A stretch of DNA of 63,327 bases, counting the filler, from Vannella sp. (taxonomy: Eukaryota): the NCBI GenBank assembly GCA_023345925.1. It is 8 parts of 8 records of this genome, joined end to end, with 100 filler letters (N's around TTAATTAATTAA, not from the genome) between each part and the next. Parts side by side here need not be neighbours in the genome. Positions count along the whole stretch, not along the records: positions 18,474 to 23,919 come from JAJQQN010000423.1; positions 24,020 to 34,561 come from JAJQQN010000162.1; 6 more parts are not named here. One strand, written 5' to 3'. Below the pieces are notes generated by a model. The model saw only the letters and a list, made by a program, of their open reading frames with translations, was not told the origin of the DNA and did no database searches. The translations under genes and the position numbers were made by a program. Positions 21,601 through 32,999 of this stretch are shown here, in pieces (position 1 is the first letter of the stretch; every line of letters starts with the position of its first letter).

Positions 21601-23749
21601 ATGTTCTCTCGCAAGACTATGGTGTCTATTGTGGTTGGAGTGGGGCTCTTCACTCTTCTTTGGCAGATCGATCTGGTGAGTGGGCCTTCTAACTTTGTGG
21701 AGAGCCCACCCGCGATCGGCCTATTGAGTGAGGAGCCGGTGGGCGTTGGGGAGCGCCCTCAGCCCTCTCTTGAAGAGCAAGCTCGCGTAGCTGTCCTCTT
21801 TCTATCTCCTTCTGAGGCTGGTTCTACTCTTTGGGCTCCTGGTGTCAAGAACCTGGTGGAGTCTTCGAACAACCTCGCTCGCCTCGTCCCCTCCACAGAC
21901 ACAAGCTCTCTTCAGTCTCTCTTCATTACATCAGTGGAAGAAGGAGCGGAGTATCTTCTATTGGTAGAAAGAGAGCCTCCCCCATGCCCTGGGCTGATAG
22001 ACAAGATGGTGGACACTCTGAAGAAGAGAGAAGGACTCGGAGTGGTCTCTACGGCGCTTGGTGGTGCTAGAATGATCCACAAGTCCCACGCTGAAGTGTT
22101 CAGTACCATTATGCCCTCCTCTTTAAGTGCTGGGGCCGCGTGGCAGTGGCTACGGCTCGTGTACGGGGGAGACAGCTCCTCCATCATCGACTGCAATAAC
22201 GAAGAGAGCCGCCCTGTCTCACTGACGGAGACTGACCTTCACGATCTCACCAAAGAGCTGACATTAGGTTGCATTGACCTCTCATTGCACCAGAAAGCCC
22301 AAGGAAAAGATCACTGGGACAACTTCCGCTGTGGAGAACTGAAGGGTTCACCCAGCGACCCTGTTTCTCATCAACTAGAGGGAGCTTCTTACACTCTTGC
22401 TGACTCTCCTAAGCCGGAAGGAGGATGGCTTGCGTTTAAAGAGGTTTTGGCGTCCAAGGCAGACAAAGACAAAGTAGTTTTAGTGGCTTTTACGAATGAT
22501 GGCTTTCTTTCTATGACCTTGAATTGGGTGTATTATGTGCAGAAGCTTGGACTGGAGTATCTTTTGATTGCGTTGGACGACACCGTCTACCAGGAACTCC
22601 AGGATTATAACATTCCCACATTTTATGACCCTTCAATGACTGCCAGTTCTGGGGAGGAGATCTACGCGACCTCAGCTTATGTCACTATAACTGTCTTGAA
22701 GATTCGCTATGCTCTGTTGATAACCTCGCTGGGTTATCACACCTTCTTGTGTGATACAGATATTGTTATTCTTAAGGTGTGGAAGATCCCCATCTGTCCT
22801 CTTTCTATCGTTATAACTGGGAGACGTTTAGGATCCTATTTTGGAGATGAAAGAAAACTGGAAAGATATTCGGCTGCAGAATGATTGCTCTGGGTTTAAC
22901 CAAAACCCAATACCTAACACAGGATTCCAATTGATTCGAGCGTCTCGTAGAACTCAAGTTTTTTATCAGGTTGTCGTTGATCAATGCGCAGCAAGACCAA
23001 ACGATAACGATCAAGTTTCCTTTTCGCTGCTCGTGAAAGAGTATCCTTGGAACCAACTGATAACATTGACGTACCTGGATGACTCTCTCTTTCCCAATGG
23101 GGCTCGCTTCTGGCAAGTTGGCTTGGGAGCGGGGACGGAGCCATTTATTGTACACAACAACTGGATTATCGGGATGAATCCAAAGATCGATCGATTCAAA
23201 GCAGCCAACCTCTGGTTTTCTGATTTACCTGCATTCTTTACTGGTGAAGAACGCTATCTGACGGTAACTCTTCCACTGATGGACAAAGCAGAGCAAATTC
23301 AAGTTCTCAAGGCGGCAATTTCCTTGGCTGTACATCTGGATCGAGTTCTTATTATGCCTCCAGATAGCCAATATCTTCTCATTGGCAAAGTGAAAGAGAT
23401 AGTTCCAGTTATTCCTCACGCAGAGATTTTCAATTGTTCTCACTATGCAGAATCCAGCCCATTTAAAGGTGCACTCTTGGTGGATATGGCAAGAGGATCA
23501 CACAAAAGTGCTTGTTTCGAAGAAGAGGCGGGAGTTTCTGCGTGCTTCCAAAGTGGCCACCAGGGCTTCATCACCGTCGGAGAACGTCTGTGGGTCACAT
23601 CAACCAAAGATCTCTTGGCAAAGTTGATACCTGGATCTCCCAACGCTGCTGCGCGACTCATTGTCTTGACCTCCCTTGAATCTCTTCCAGAAACACTTGT
23701 TTCTTCTCAAACTATCCAGGCTATCAACAATTTGGTTAGCGCAGTCTAA
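21601..23749 (+). CDS. Type II membrane glycosyltransferase with nucleotide-diphospho-sugar transferase (GT77-like) domain, 1 intron
   Basis: N-terminal TM; MTLNW, LIALD, LGYHTFLCDTDIV (DxD), NTGF, NDQVSF, FPNG, VHNNWIIG..KIDRFK..NLWF. Confidence 0.85.
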
Positions 23750-23837
23750 TCTGTTGCTGATCAGTCTAATGCGTTGCTGATCCAACAATAGAATTTCTTT
23801 CCTTCCTTCCTCTCTCCTCGTTAATCCCCTCACTGAC

Positions 23838-23915
23838 CTTCGAGAAATTCACGAGCCAAGGGGAAGAGGGTTCCAAAACGCGTGTTTGTGTAGAGTGTCC
23901 TGGTGACCTCCATCT
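23838..23915 (-). repeat. Third copy of the dispersed repeat (3' part), inverted, at the contig end
   Basis: Reverse complement GATGGAGGTCACCAGGACACTCTACACAAACACG...CTCTTCCCCTTGGCTCGT matches 9064-9125. Confidence 0.85.
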
Positions 23916-24179
23916 CTTCNNNNNNNNNNNNNNNNNNNNNNNNNNNNNNNNNNNNNNNNNNNNTTAATTAATTAANNNNNNNNNNNNNNNNNNNNNNNNN
24001 NNNNNNNNNNNNNNNNNNNAGACAAACAACCAATCAGAGTAGACATGGTATCTGGGTTTTTTGTTTCATTGCACCGATCCGATCGATCTCAGATGCTTAC
24101 AAGAAAGACCCAAATCTTGAGAATGCCACAGACCATTTTATTCAATTTTAACATGACGAAGAGTCCTGTCGTATTGAAT

Positions 24180-24914
24180 TTAGTTCGTCTTCTCGAAGTA
24201 CTCCTTGCTTCCCTTGGGGTCTGCCTTCATCTGTAGAGAAAAAATTAGGAGAGAACGATCGAGGTTTTTGGTCAACGTACGGTGCCAGCACCAGGGGTCC
24301 AGTTGACAGGGCAGACCTCTCCATGTTCATCGGTGAACTTGAACGCCTTGACCAAGCGGAGAACCTCATCGACGTTGCGACCAACGGGGGGATCGTTCAT
24401 GGTGATGTGGCGGACGATGCCCTTGTCGCTGATAATGAACAAGCCTCGGAGAGTGTGTCCTTCCTCCTCCATCATGACATCGTACTGACGAGAGACCTTG
24501 CCGCCCAAATCAGCCAAAAGAGGAATGCTGAGGGCTCCTCCCAAGCCGCCTTCCTTGCGGGGGGTGTTCACCCAGGCGAGATGAGTGAAGTGGGAGTCCA
24601 CGGAGGCACCAAGAACCTCGCAACCGATCGCTTGGAACTCAGCAGCACGATCGCTGAAGGACAGGATCTCAGTAGGACACACAAAGGTGAAGTCTAGTGA
24701 AGGTGAGAAGCGCTAGTGATGAGCCAACATCTGTACCTACCCAGAGGATAGAAGAAAAGAACCAAGTACTTCCCTGTTCCAAGCTCAGTTCGGAGTTCGT
24801 GATCACAAGCCCAAACAACTTACCCTTGTAATCAGAGAGCTTGATAGTCTTGAAGTCCTCTCCAACTAAGGCGATAGTCTCGAACTCGGGAGCTTGCTTT
24901 CCAACACGGGCCAT
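24180..24914 (-). CDS. Typical 2-Cys peroxiredoxin, 3 introns
   Basis: [15 protein letters not shown] (peroxidatic Cys), [13 protein letters not shown] (resolving Cys), KEYF C-terminus. Confidence 0.96.
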
Positions 24915-25049
24915 GATGAAGTAAACTCGAAACTGCGGTCAGAGAAAGTCCCAATCATAAGCAAGTAATAATCACCGCATAAATGGGTCATCCCATTACG
25001 TATCACTTTATGTTAATGCTTTCGGATTATTATTTTGACAAAGCGAGGA

Positions 25050-27222
25050 ATGGCCCACGCGGTTGGATTGGTGAGGGAGAAGTCGCACCACTCAAGGTTG
25101 TCCTTTGCAGCCCACCGTGGAACAGTTAGTTGTATTGCAGTGCAACCTCAGGGCATGGAGATGCCACCTCGCGTTTTCACAGCAGGAGAGGACGGCGCTC
25201 TTCGCATGTGGGATGGGCGCTCTGGTGCTCTCTACGTTGAGTCAGCTTCCCTCACCCAAAACCGTATCTCTTGCCTCTCCGTAGCAGGCCGATTCGCGTT
25301 CATGGGAACCAGTGGAGGGGAGATCATCGTCGCTTCAACAGAGGGAGCTCCAAAGCGGAAGTTTGCAGCCCACAGAAGGTGAGGCGTTCCCCTCCTTCCA
25401 TACCTCAAGAATAACCCTTTCCAAAGCTGCGTGACCTGTATTCAGGTGGTAAACAACGGACGGATCTTCTCTGGCTCTACGGACGGAACAGTCAAGTTCC
25501 TCACTGCAGAAGGGGAAACCATTCGCCAGTTCCCCTTGAATCCATCTGATTGCAAGGAACCTATCCTCTCTGTTTGTGCAATCAGTGCGAACCTCCTCTT
25601 CACTGGCTCAGACAACGGTGTCGTGCGCATTTACAACCTCCGACAAGAGCTCCTTCGAGAGTTGCGCACGTCACGTCTTCAAGGGGTGCCTTTGAAGTTG
25701 ATGGAAGTGATCCACGCAGCCGACAAAGTCAGCATCATCTGCGCACACGACTCGTACGTGACCATGTGGTATCTCACCTTGACCAAGGATGGCTTTGGCG
25801 AGTATGAGATCTTCGTAGACACTGTGCGCACTATCTCTAGTCGTATGCGTACGTAGCAATCCACGTGTGTGTCATCTGTCTGATGGATTGTGGTAGCGGG
25901 GGGCAAGATCACTGCTTTGAAAGCCGTCTTCATCAATCCACTCCGAACGAACCGTCCTTGCATCTACTTGGGCAACACTGGTGGCGCTGTCCAAGTGATC
26001 ATCCCAACAGGGAAGTTTGGAACTGTCAACGGGCCTGTGAGTCTCACCCAGAGCCGTTCTCGCACTGGACTAACAAAGGAGACAGTACAATCAACGCCTG
26101 ATCGCACCCAAGTTCAAGCAGTACACCTTTAAGGACGTGTCTTCTCCTGTGTCTTGCATCAGTGCGGGAGGGGGTCGACTCTACGCAGGAACGGTAGACG
26201 GAGGCGTCTTCATGTGGAAGGAGTGCTTGGCAATGCTCAATCTCCGCCGATGGTCTGCAGGGAGAGCGGACACTCACGGCTACCGCCGCCAGCAGGCTGG
26301 CTCAGTTCAGACGAGAACCATCGTGATGGAGCAGCGCACAGACGAAGAAGAGCCTCAAGTGAGCGAAGCCGATCTACAAGCCTTTGCGAAGGTGGCGGAC
26401 TCTGACATCTCTGATGCCGAGGCTGAGAACAACTGGTATGCTGAGCCCGTTCTCATTGGCTTGCAGGACTCTATTCCCGACCATTCTAGCCCCGCTGCAA
26501 GGGGAAGAATGAATCGCGCTTCCACTAGTAGCGAGCTTCCTACCAATCGCTCTTATCGCTCCTCCACTTCTTCAGTGGCAGTGCAAAATCAAACTCGGAC
26601 TGCCTCGACCAATAGTGTGCAAAGGGGGAGCTCTGGGTCAGTAGCTGGGCCTATCCCAGCCGCATATTCATCTTACCAAGCTCCTGGGCCCGCCCGTGAT
26701 ACTTCCCAAATACCCTTAGGAGGAGATCAAAGCGACGCCTTCGTTCGAGAGCTCATTCAATTGCTTCAGGATAGCGCTGCAGACTTGGCAACTCTCCCAG
26801 AGCCCTATCTAGACGGAACCTATGCCACTCCGTCCTCATCCATGAGTCAAATGCAGGGGTCCTTCGCAAGTATGAATATGGGGGCCTCATCACCCCAGCC
26901 ATCTCCTCAAGCACCCTATCAAGAGCCCTACCAGTCCCAACAGGCTCCATATAATCCCTACGCCTCTCAATCTCAACCCCAAACTCGACCTGCAAGGAAT
27001 ACTGCCCAACCAACGTCTCAACCAACGTCCCAACCAACGTCCCAAGGTCCCACCGAAGAGAGCCAGTGTGTGGTGTGCCTTGACCAGCCTCGGAATGCCA
27101 TTCTCTACAATTGTGGGCATGTCTGTGTGTGCCATCCCTGCGGAAAGCAACTTATTGCACGAAAACTCCGTTGTCCCATGTGCAGAGCAGAGATTAAGGA
27201 CTGTATTGTCCTTTACAAGTAG
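25050..27222 (+). CDS. WD40-repeat protein with low-complexity linker and C-terminal C3HC4 RING (putative E3 ligase), 3 introns
   Basis: AHRGTVSCI...VFTAGEDGALRMWD, IFSGSTDGTVKF, LFTGSDNGVVRIYN; CVVCLDQPRNAILYNCGHVCVCHPC...CPMCR. Confidence 0.85.
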
Positions 27223-27303
27223 GCTTAGACCTACTCCAAGGCTCTTACCTCTTGCCTCTCGTTGTACATTCATTATCTTAATCCTAATCTCAAGAAAGTG
27301 GCG

Positions 27304-28221
27304 TCAAAACGCATCTTCTGATATTGATTGGTTCTCATTTGATCTCGTCAGGCCTTGGAGAGGGCCACAAGGGAAGCCATGTGATACTAGAAAGTCCTGG
27401 ATAACACGGAGAGTGGCCACTGTGTTCTCCATCATGGGAAAGTGGCCCGCTTCCGGGATAATCGAGATCTCAGAGCCTTCGATGCTTTGGTGGAGCGCTT
27501 CCATTTCCTCTACAGGTGTCAGTTGATCTGATTCACCTCCAATGAGAAGGCAAGGGCACTGGATGGCTTCGTACTGCTCTGTTGTGGGCCATTCCATGCC
27601 CCAGGCCAAGTGCTTCATGACATGCATGGCATTCTTGTCACTGAAAGTGCGCTCGTAGTCCATCAGTTCCACCTTGTCTCGAAGGGTACAAGGGTGGTAT
27701 GCTTTAGAGCAGAAGGGCCCTCTCATGAGTGGCCGGATCCACTCCAGCAAGCTGTCAGGGAGATACCAAATGGGGTGGCGCGCACTGGCAGGGACGTTCA
27801 TGCAGGTGCCAATGAGCACCATTGCTTTCACATCCTCCTTAAGGAGCTCGTAGGCTTGAGTGGCTAGTGATGTGCCGTAGCTGTGGCCCACAAAGAGAGC
27901 AGAGGTCGGTTCCTGGCCTTGAGAATAGCGTTGGAAGACGGCTATCACGTCCGCAAGCATCTCTTTGGCACTATAGAAGCTAGCTCCTTGTAGAGGCTTC
28001 TCACTTTGACCATGTCCCACCCAATCAAAGCTAAGAAGCGAGTAAGAAGAACGAAAGACCGGGAAGAGGTCTCTGAACTGTCCACTCCTGGCCCCTGCAC
28101 CATGAATGAAGAAGACCAAAGGAGCAGAAGCATCCTCGTGCACTTCCTGATACACAGCAACGGTCCTACCCGCTCGTATCTCAACCAGTTGTGCGTCTGG
28201 CAGGTCCTCACAGAAGGCCAT
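27304..28221 (-). CDS. Alpha/beta hydrolase
   Basis: FFIHGAG, FDWVGHGQS, nucleophile elbow GHSYG, GGESD (Asp), EAGHFPM (His); start at MAFCEDL. Confidence 0.9.
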   Translation of the reverse strand: MAFCEDLPDAQLVEIRAGRTVAVYQEVHEDASAPLVFFIHGAGARSGQFRDLFPVFRSSYSLLSFDWVGHGQSEKPLQGASFYSAKEMLADVIAVFQRYSQGQEPTSALFVGHSYGTSLATQAYELLKEDVKAMVLIGTCMNVPASARHPIWYLPDSLLEWIRPLMRGPFCSKAYHPCTLRDKVELMDYERTFSDKNAMHVMKHLAWGMEWPTTEQYEAIQCPCLLIGGESDQLTPVEEMEALHQSIEGSEISIIPEAGHFPMMENTVATLRVIQDFLVSHGFPCGPLQGLTRSNENQSISEDAF

Positions 28222-28277
28222 CCGTACAATGACGCTCCTCTTCTTTATGTAACACGCGAGGGTGGTCTGGGAGGCTC

Positions 28278-29128
28278 TCAGAAGAGGAAAATGTTCGCAT
28301 CCGAGTGTCCAAGCTCTTTCGCGTACGTTTGGACGGCTTCGTTCATCTCCTTCGGTCCACAAGAGAGAAGGAACGGTGGGTGTTGGTTGAGAAGGGTCTG
28401 AGGAGGTGGGAAGAGGTCTTTCATGGCGGCAGAGGAAAGGGGAGCTTCGCGGACCTTCGGAGAAGCGGTTCCCTTGAGATTCTTCCGCCCATGTGTGAGG
28501 GAAAGGAGAGACTCTGGAGGCCACCTACACCGACGAAGTAGTGGACCTTGAAAGAGGCGAACTTGTCGTCGTATGTGTCGAGTTCCTCCCGAAACAGAAT
28601 GTCGTTCACTGTTCGACAGGAGTACAGGAGGTGAACGCTGTGTGGCAGTGTGCTATCTTGTTCTAACGTGTCTCTAATGATCTGCAGCATGGGAGTGATG
28701 CCTGTCCCTCCCGCAACCATGCAGAGAGGGCGGCGGGGAGAGGCAAGGTCACTAGTAAGGAGACCTGGAGGCAGTTTGCTTGAGGTTTCCTGCAGATCCA
28801 CTTGTTCTCCTAAGGTGAGCTTCGCAAGGCGTTGTGTTAAGGCGCCGTGCTGGTGGATCTTGATGGCAACATCGAAGAAGTCCTCCTGCGATCTACGCTG
28901 GAGAGGAACGTAAGTCCTGTGTGGAAGAAGGTGATCTTCTTGATCAAGTGTCTGAATGGTGACGCAGTGCCCGATCGGAAACCGCCTCTTCACAGGGAGT
29001 CCGAAAGTCAGCAAGATCACGTCGTCCGACAGGTTCGAGCGCCCTTGCAGAGTCCCTCTTATCCATTCTTCTGAAATGACGCTCCCTGTCTGGTTCCAGT
29101 GACGAGCCAGCCCCTTCCTCACCAGCAT
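28278..29128 (-). CDS. NADH-cytochrome b5 reductase-like flavoprotein, intron 28482-28528
   Basis: RTYVP (RxY), GALT, MVAGGTGITPMLQ, LLYSCRT..DIL; spliced last exon ends SCGPKEMNEAV...GHSDANIFLF. Confidence 0.88.
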
Positions 29129-29336
29129 TCAGGAAATGGCTCATTCCAAGGCACACAATAATGAAGTCATTATTGTGATCATTGGTGTTTCAGGGCGACC
29201 TTCCAGAATACCGTTTCGGCGACGCAAAAATAGCCTTTCCGGTGATCTAGAACATTCTTCGGAGCTATGGGAAGACTTCTCCGGGGCAAGAAACGGCCGA
29301 CTTTGCCTCATTGTCTGCATTGATCATCATCCGACC

Positions 29337-29836
29337 ATGAACATTGCTGTCTTCCGACTCGCCGCCTCCAGTCTTCACCGGAAGGATTCTCTCGACTGTT
29401 GTTCACCAGCGGAGTTCAAACTGGTTTCAAGCTTGCTGTCCACGCCCTTGCATTACGCTGTTGTGGGCGGCAACGAACTTACCGTCAGGCTTCTGGTGGG
29501 CCGTGGAATCAATGTGAACACTCTCAACGTGTACCGCGAGTCGGCTCTTCATTGGGCTTGCAAAGAAGGCAACACCAAAATCATCCGCTTTCTTCTCGAG
29601 AACTGGGCTTCTCCCAACGCACTGGACTCTGATGGAAACACACCAATGCACTGGGCGGCAGAATACAACCATGGCAAGGCCATCCATCTTCTGATTAAGT
29701 ACGGCGGACTCGCATCGCTAAACGCCATAAATGGTGAAGGGCTCACTCTTCTCTTCAAGTAGCCAAACTGAACCACTCCAGAAGAGCTTCTCGTGCCATT
29801 CAAAAGGGCGACCCCTCTGATCCAGTTCTTAAATGA
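29337..29836 (+). pseudogene. Small intronless ankyrin protein with an apparent +2 frameshift near 29748
   Basis: TPLHYAV, ESALHWAC, GNTPMHWAA; removing 2 nt restores GLTPLQVAKLN and reads on to TGA at 29836. Confidence 0.65.
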
Positions 29837-30134
29837 AACTGTACTCATAAACCACTCTAACTACCTAATCTGGCCCCCTTCTGGCTCTCATCACCCTCAT
29901 CACATCTCTCATCACCCCTCATCAAGCCCCCAAACCTCTCATCGCCTCTCATACTCTTCTTAAATGCACAAAATGCTTGCAAATACGCTTTCTAATTAAT
30001 GTTTGTGCTTCCAAGAACGCCCTTCTCTGCTTGCGTTGGGATAAACGCGCAAAAATGAAGCTACAAAAAATCGGCAAAACTTGCTCTGGACGCGTAATAA
30101 AAAACTTTGGGCACTTTTTCGCTTGCCTTGGGGG

Positions 30135-32027
30135 ATGGCGACGGCGGAGGACTTGGTCAGCGCGACTCAGGAGGCGATCAACGTTGCAGATGCATCTGCG
30201 TTATTGGGAGCAGTAGGGGCGGAAGCGTCAGAGGTGGTGGCAGGCTTCCTGCGTGGAGAGTTCAGGTTGGCAGCGGCTTGGGACTCTGTTAGGAGCATGC
30301 TCGAGTCTTTGGACGCCATAACAGAGAGCCGAGATTCGGAGAAGGAGAAGAATCGCACGGTACTGGAAGATCTGAAAAGGAATCTAAACGCCAACGTGGA
30401 GGAGCAGAGGAGACTCGCAGAAGAGCAGAGCAAGATGTCCCTTCAAGTGGAGGCGTTGAAGGAAAAATTAAGGGAAGAACGAAAGGAGATCAGGGCGCTG
30501 AAGAAGCTGAATTCAGCTCCGTTGATTAAGGCTTCTGGAGTGGTGGAAAAAGTGGCCAAGGAGCTGAATGAGACACTCAAGAGCCAAACTCCGCTCTATT
30601 TGTACTCTTCTCTATTGGAGCACTCTGAATATCCCAAGCTGTCACTTTTGTTCAATGCAGGAGGCTTGGATGAGGCCACCATCTCCAAGCTGGCGGAAGT
30701 GGATGGCTCTATCTTTCTGTCCTCCGATATAGGACCGCTTCTCACCGATTGTGGAGTGAATGACCGTCTTAAACGAATTGATGTGGCGTATTTAAGATTG
30801 ATTGCACAAGGCAACTTGGACTTGGTCAGCCATGTCGATGAATGTCCAGTTTGTGGCTCTCAAAGCTCAAGCGATGTTCAAAGTCTTCTGAAGGAGATGA
30901 GTCTCCTTTGGCCGCTTCCGATTGGACAGGACATGACTGGAAAGAGGATGCTGGGTCTGGGAGTGAGTGAGTTGAGGCAATTGGGACTCCCAAAAGAACA
31001 GCTGAAGCTGGCTCTATCGATAGTATCGTCACTTCAGCGTACTCATTTTGCATCCTCTTCCTCTGTGGCGAGGAAAGAAGGAGCTCCTTGGCAATACAGG
31101 CAACCTATTGAATTGAAGGTGATTCCACCCAAAAAGGTGCGTTTTGTTGGATTCACATCATGGACAGAGGATGCAGATAAGCAGACCAATGAAGAGCAAG
31201 ACCTTGCTTGCCATAAAGCAGCCGATTCCACTTTCCAAGGATCTCGTTCGGCAACGGCAACGGAGTTCCTCGAACATTTGATTGAAGGCCTCCCTGCCAA
31301 TCTCCCGGATCGCACGACCCTCACTGGTGAAGGAAGTTTCAACTTGAAAGTGAAAAAGGCGAGAGGTCACACAAAGTACATATTTGAGACTCCCTTCCTC
31401 ATGTACAGCAACGCACTCGATCAGCAAGCCAGCGCCATCTCCTTCATCGATCCCTACAGGTCCATGGAAATGGGAGCTGCCTTTGGCGAGGATGATAATA
31501 TACTTGCGCACTGTATCAGTGAGGAGGAAGAAGAAGACCACATCGAAGACCCCAACATTGCCATCAAGTCAGGAGATCTGGTCTTCAGCGTCGGCCAAGT
31601 TGTCAAGAAGCAGGTCGGCAATCCTCATATCTTCACTGCCCATAGACCAAAGCGTGTTTGCCCCATCGCTGGTCAACCTTCCTCTATCCTTAAGCAAGCC
31701 CAAACCGGTGGACTACCCACCAAAGCGGTTCGCGTCTCGTTTGCTGCGACAGACAAGGTTCTCTTCACTCCAATGAAACCTAACTCACAGCAGACACCCA
31801 TCATCTACACAACCCCCTGCAAGACACGCAGCCCCCCCTTCCAAACAAATGAGCTTCCCATCCTCAACCGCGTTCCCGACGAGTTCCGCGATTTTGGCGA
31901 TCTCTTCTGCCCTACTCTCTCCGAGGGAGAGGCTGAGGACTACGAAGATGAATACAAAGGCGATGACGACGACAGAAAGGCGGATCATGTTGGTAACAGA
32001 CACTGCATTTGTGTGATTGATGTGTAG
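30135..32027 (+). CDS. Intronless coiled-coil protein with two SAM-like segments and an unknown Cys-containing C-terminal domain
   Basis: Heptad region; VDGSIFLSSDIGPLLTDCGV and MTGKRMLGLGVSELRQLGL resemble SAM helices 3-5; HxxECPVC between them. Confidence 0.65.
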   Translation: MATAEDLVSATQEAINVADASALLGAVGAEASEVVAGFLRGEFRLAAAWDSVRSMLESLDAITESRDSEKEKNRTVLEDLKRNLNANVEEQRRLAEEQSKMSLQVEALKEKLREERKEIRALKKLNSAPLIKASGVVEKVAKELNETLKSQTPLYLYSSLLEHSEYPKLSLLFNAGGLDEATISKLAEVDGSIFLSSDIGPLLTDCGVNDRLKRIDVAYLRLIAQGNLDLVSHVDECPVCGSQSSSDVQSLLKEMSLLWPLPIGQDMTGKRMLGLGVSELRQLGLPKEQLKLALSIVSSLQRTHFASSSSVARKEGAPWQYRQPIELKVIPPKKVRFVGFTSWTEDADKQTNEEQDLACHKAADSTFQGSRSATATEFLEHLIEGLPANLPDRTTLTGEGSFNLKVKKARGHTKYIFETPFLMYSNALDQQASAISFIDPYRSMEMGAAFGEDDNILAHCISEEEEEDHIEDPNIAIKSGDLVFSVGQVVKKQVGNPHIFTAHRPKRVCPIAGQPSSILKQAQTGGLPTKAVRVSFAATDKVLFTPMKPNSQQTPIIYTTPCKTRSPPFQTNELPILNRVPDEFRDFGDLFCPTLSEGEAEDYEDEYKGDDDDRKADHVGNRHCICVIDV

Positions 32028-32076
32028 CCAGGCTAAATTCCTTCATACCATATTCACCACCATATTTGGGTTTAGG

Positions 32077-32241
32077 GGGCACTTTTTCGCTTCCCTCTGG
32101 GCGATGGCGACGGCGGAGGACTTGGTCAGTGCGACACAGGAGGCAATCAACATTAGAGACAACGTTGATAACGGCGTGGGTGCTCACATTCGTATTTCGA
32201 TTAAAAGGATCGAAAAATGTATCACCCGACTCAACCCCTAA
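32077..32241 (+). pseudogene. Truncated duplicate of the leader and first 16 codons of the 30135 gene
   Basis: 32077-32151 matches 30109-30182 (MATAEDLVSATQEAIN), then diverges and stops at 32241. Confidence 0.8.
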
Positions 32242-32999
32242 CTCAAATGGAATGGGAGTACTTAGCTTTCCCGAACTCTCCTTCTACCCACGATCACTTG
32301 GTGCAGAAGTAATCTCAAAGTGCGATAACAGAAGGGGTTCTCAGTTTGGTCCTTTTGGATCCAAGAAAAAGCAAGTAGAAGACTTCTAAAGCGTTTACGC
32401 GATCTTTGGGCTCTCGAAAGTCTCGACTTGGTAAGCTTTCAGCCTTTCTCCTGTCCTTCATCGTTCCTTCTGAGGACTCACTTATTTCCGAAAGAAGCAC
32501 GATAAGTTTGTCCTTCCTTGCATGAATAATCGTGGCAGCAGGAAAGGCCCTGTAGTAGAATGTTCTTAAGAGTGTATATGATCATATGAGAGGAGAGAAT
32601 TCGCCAGCCCGTTGAAGGGCTCAAGGAAACGGACCTTCTCGATTTACATACCGACAAAACGAATGACCAGTCATACCCACCGACGCAGAAATTTATTTCC
32701 TATTGAACCGTTGATAGGAAAAAAGGATTGACCCGATCCGAGCTGGTGAGCCAATCAGATGCGCTTTCCGAGGAACCTTCGATTTCAGCTTCCTGATTCC
32801 CTCTCCTCCTGCTGGAGCTGAGGGAAGGGAGTGATCGACTCGCAGAGATCAGCGCACATGATGGCCAAAAGGAGCAGAAGGTGAAAGGGGCCACAATCCA
32901 AATCCGCACTTATTCTCTCCAAGCACATCAAAGAGGGATTGCCTGGTGGATAGTCATGAGGGGAAATGCACGGGGAAATGCCCTCGCCTTGTGTCCAAA

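Noticed and set aside
27304..29128. Apparent b5-reductase/hydrolase fusion suggested by overlapping ORFs
   Set aside because: Intron 28482-28528 gives the reductase its own canonical CGP...IFLF stop at 28278; the hydrolase starts at 28221
32593..32612. GAGAGAATTCGCC..CCC upstream of the second RCC1 gene and CCACGTCT..GTTGAAAA..CATATAAAA at 35401-35445 as further repeat copies
   Set aside because: Matches are too short to distinguish from chance without a profile search
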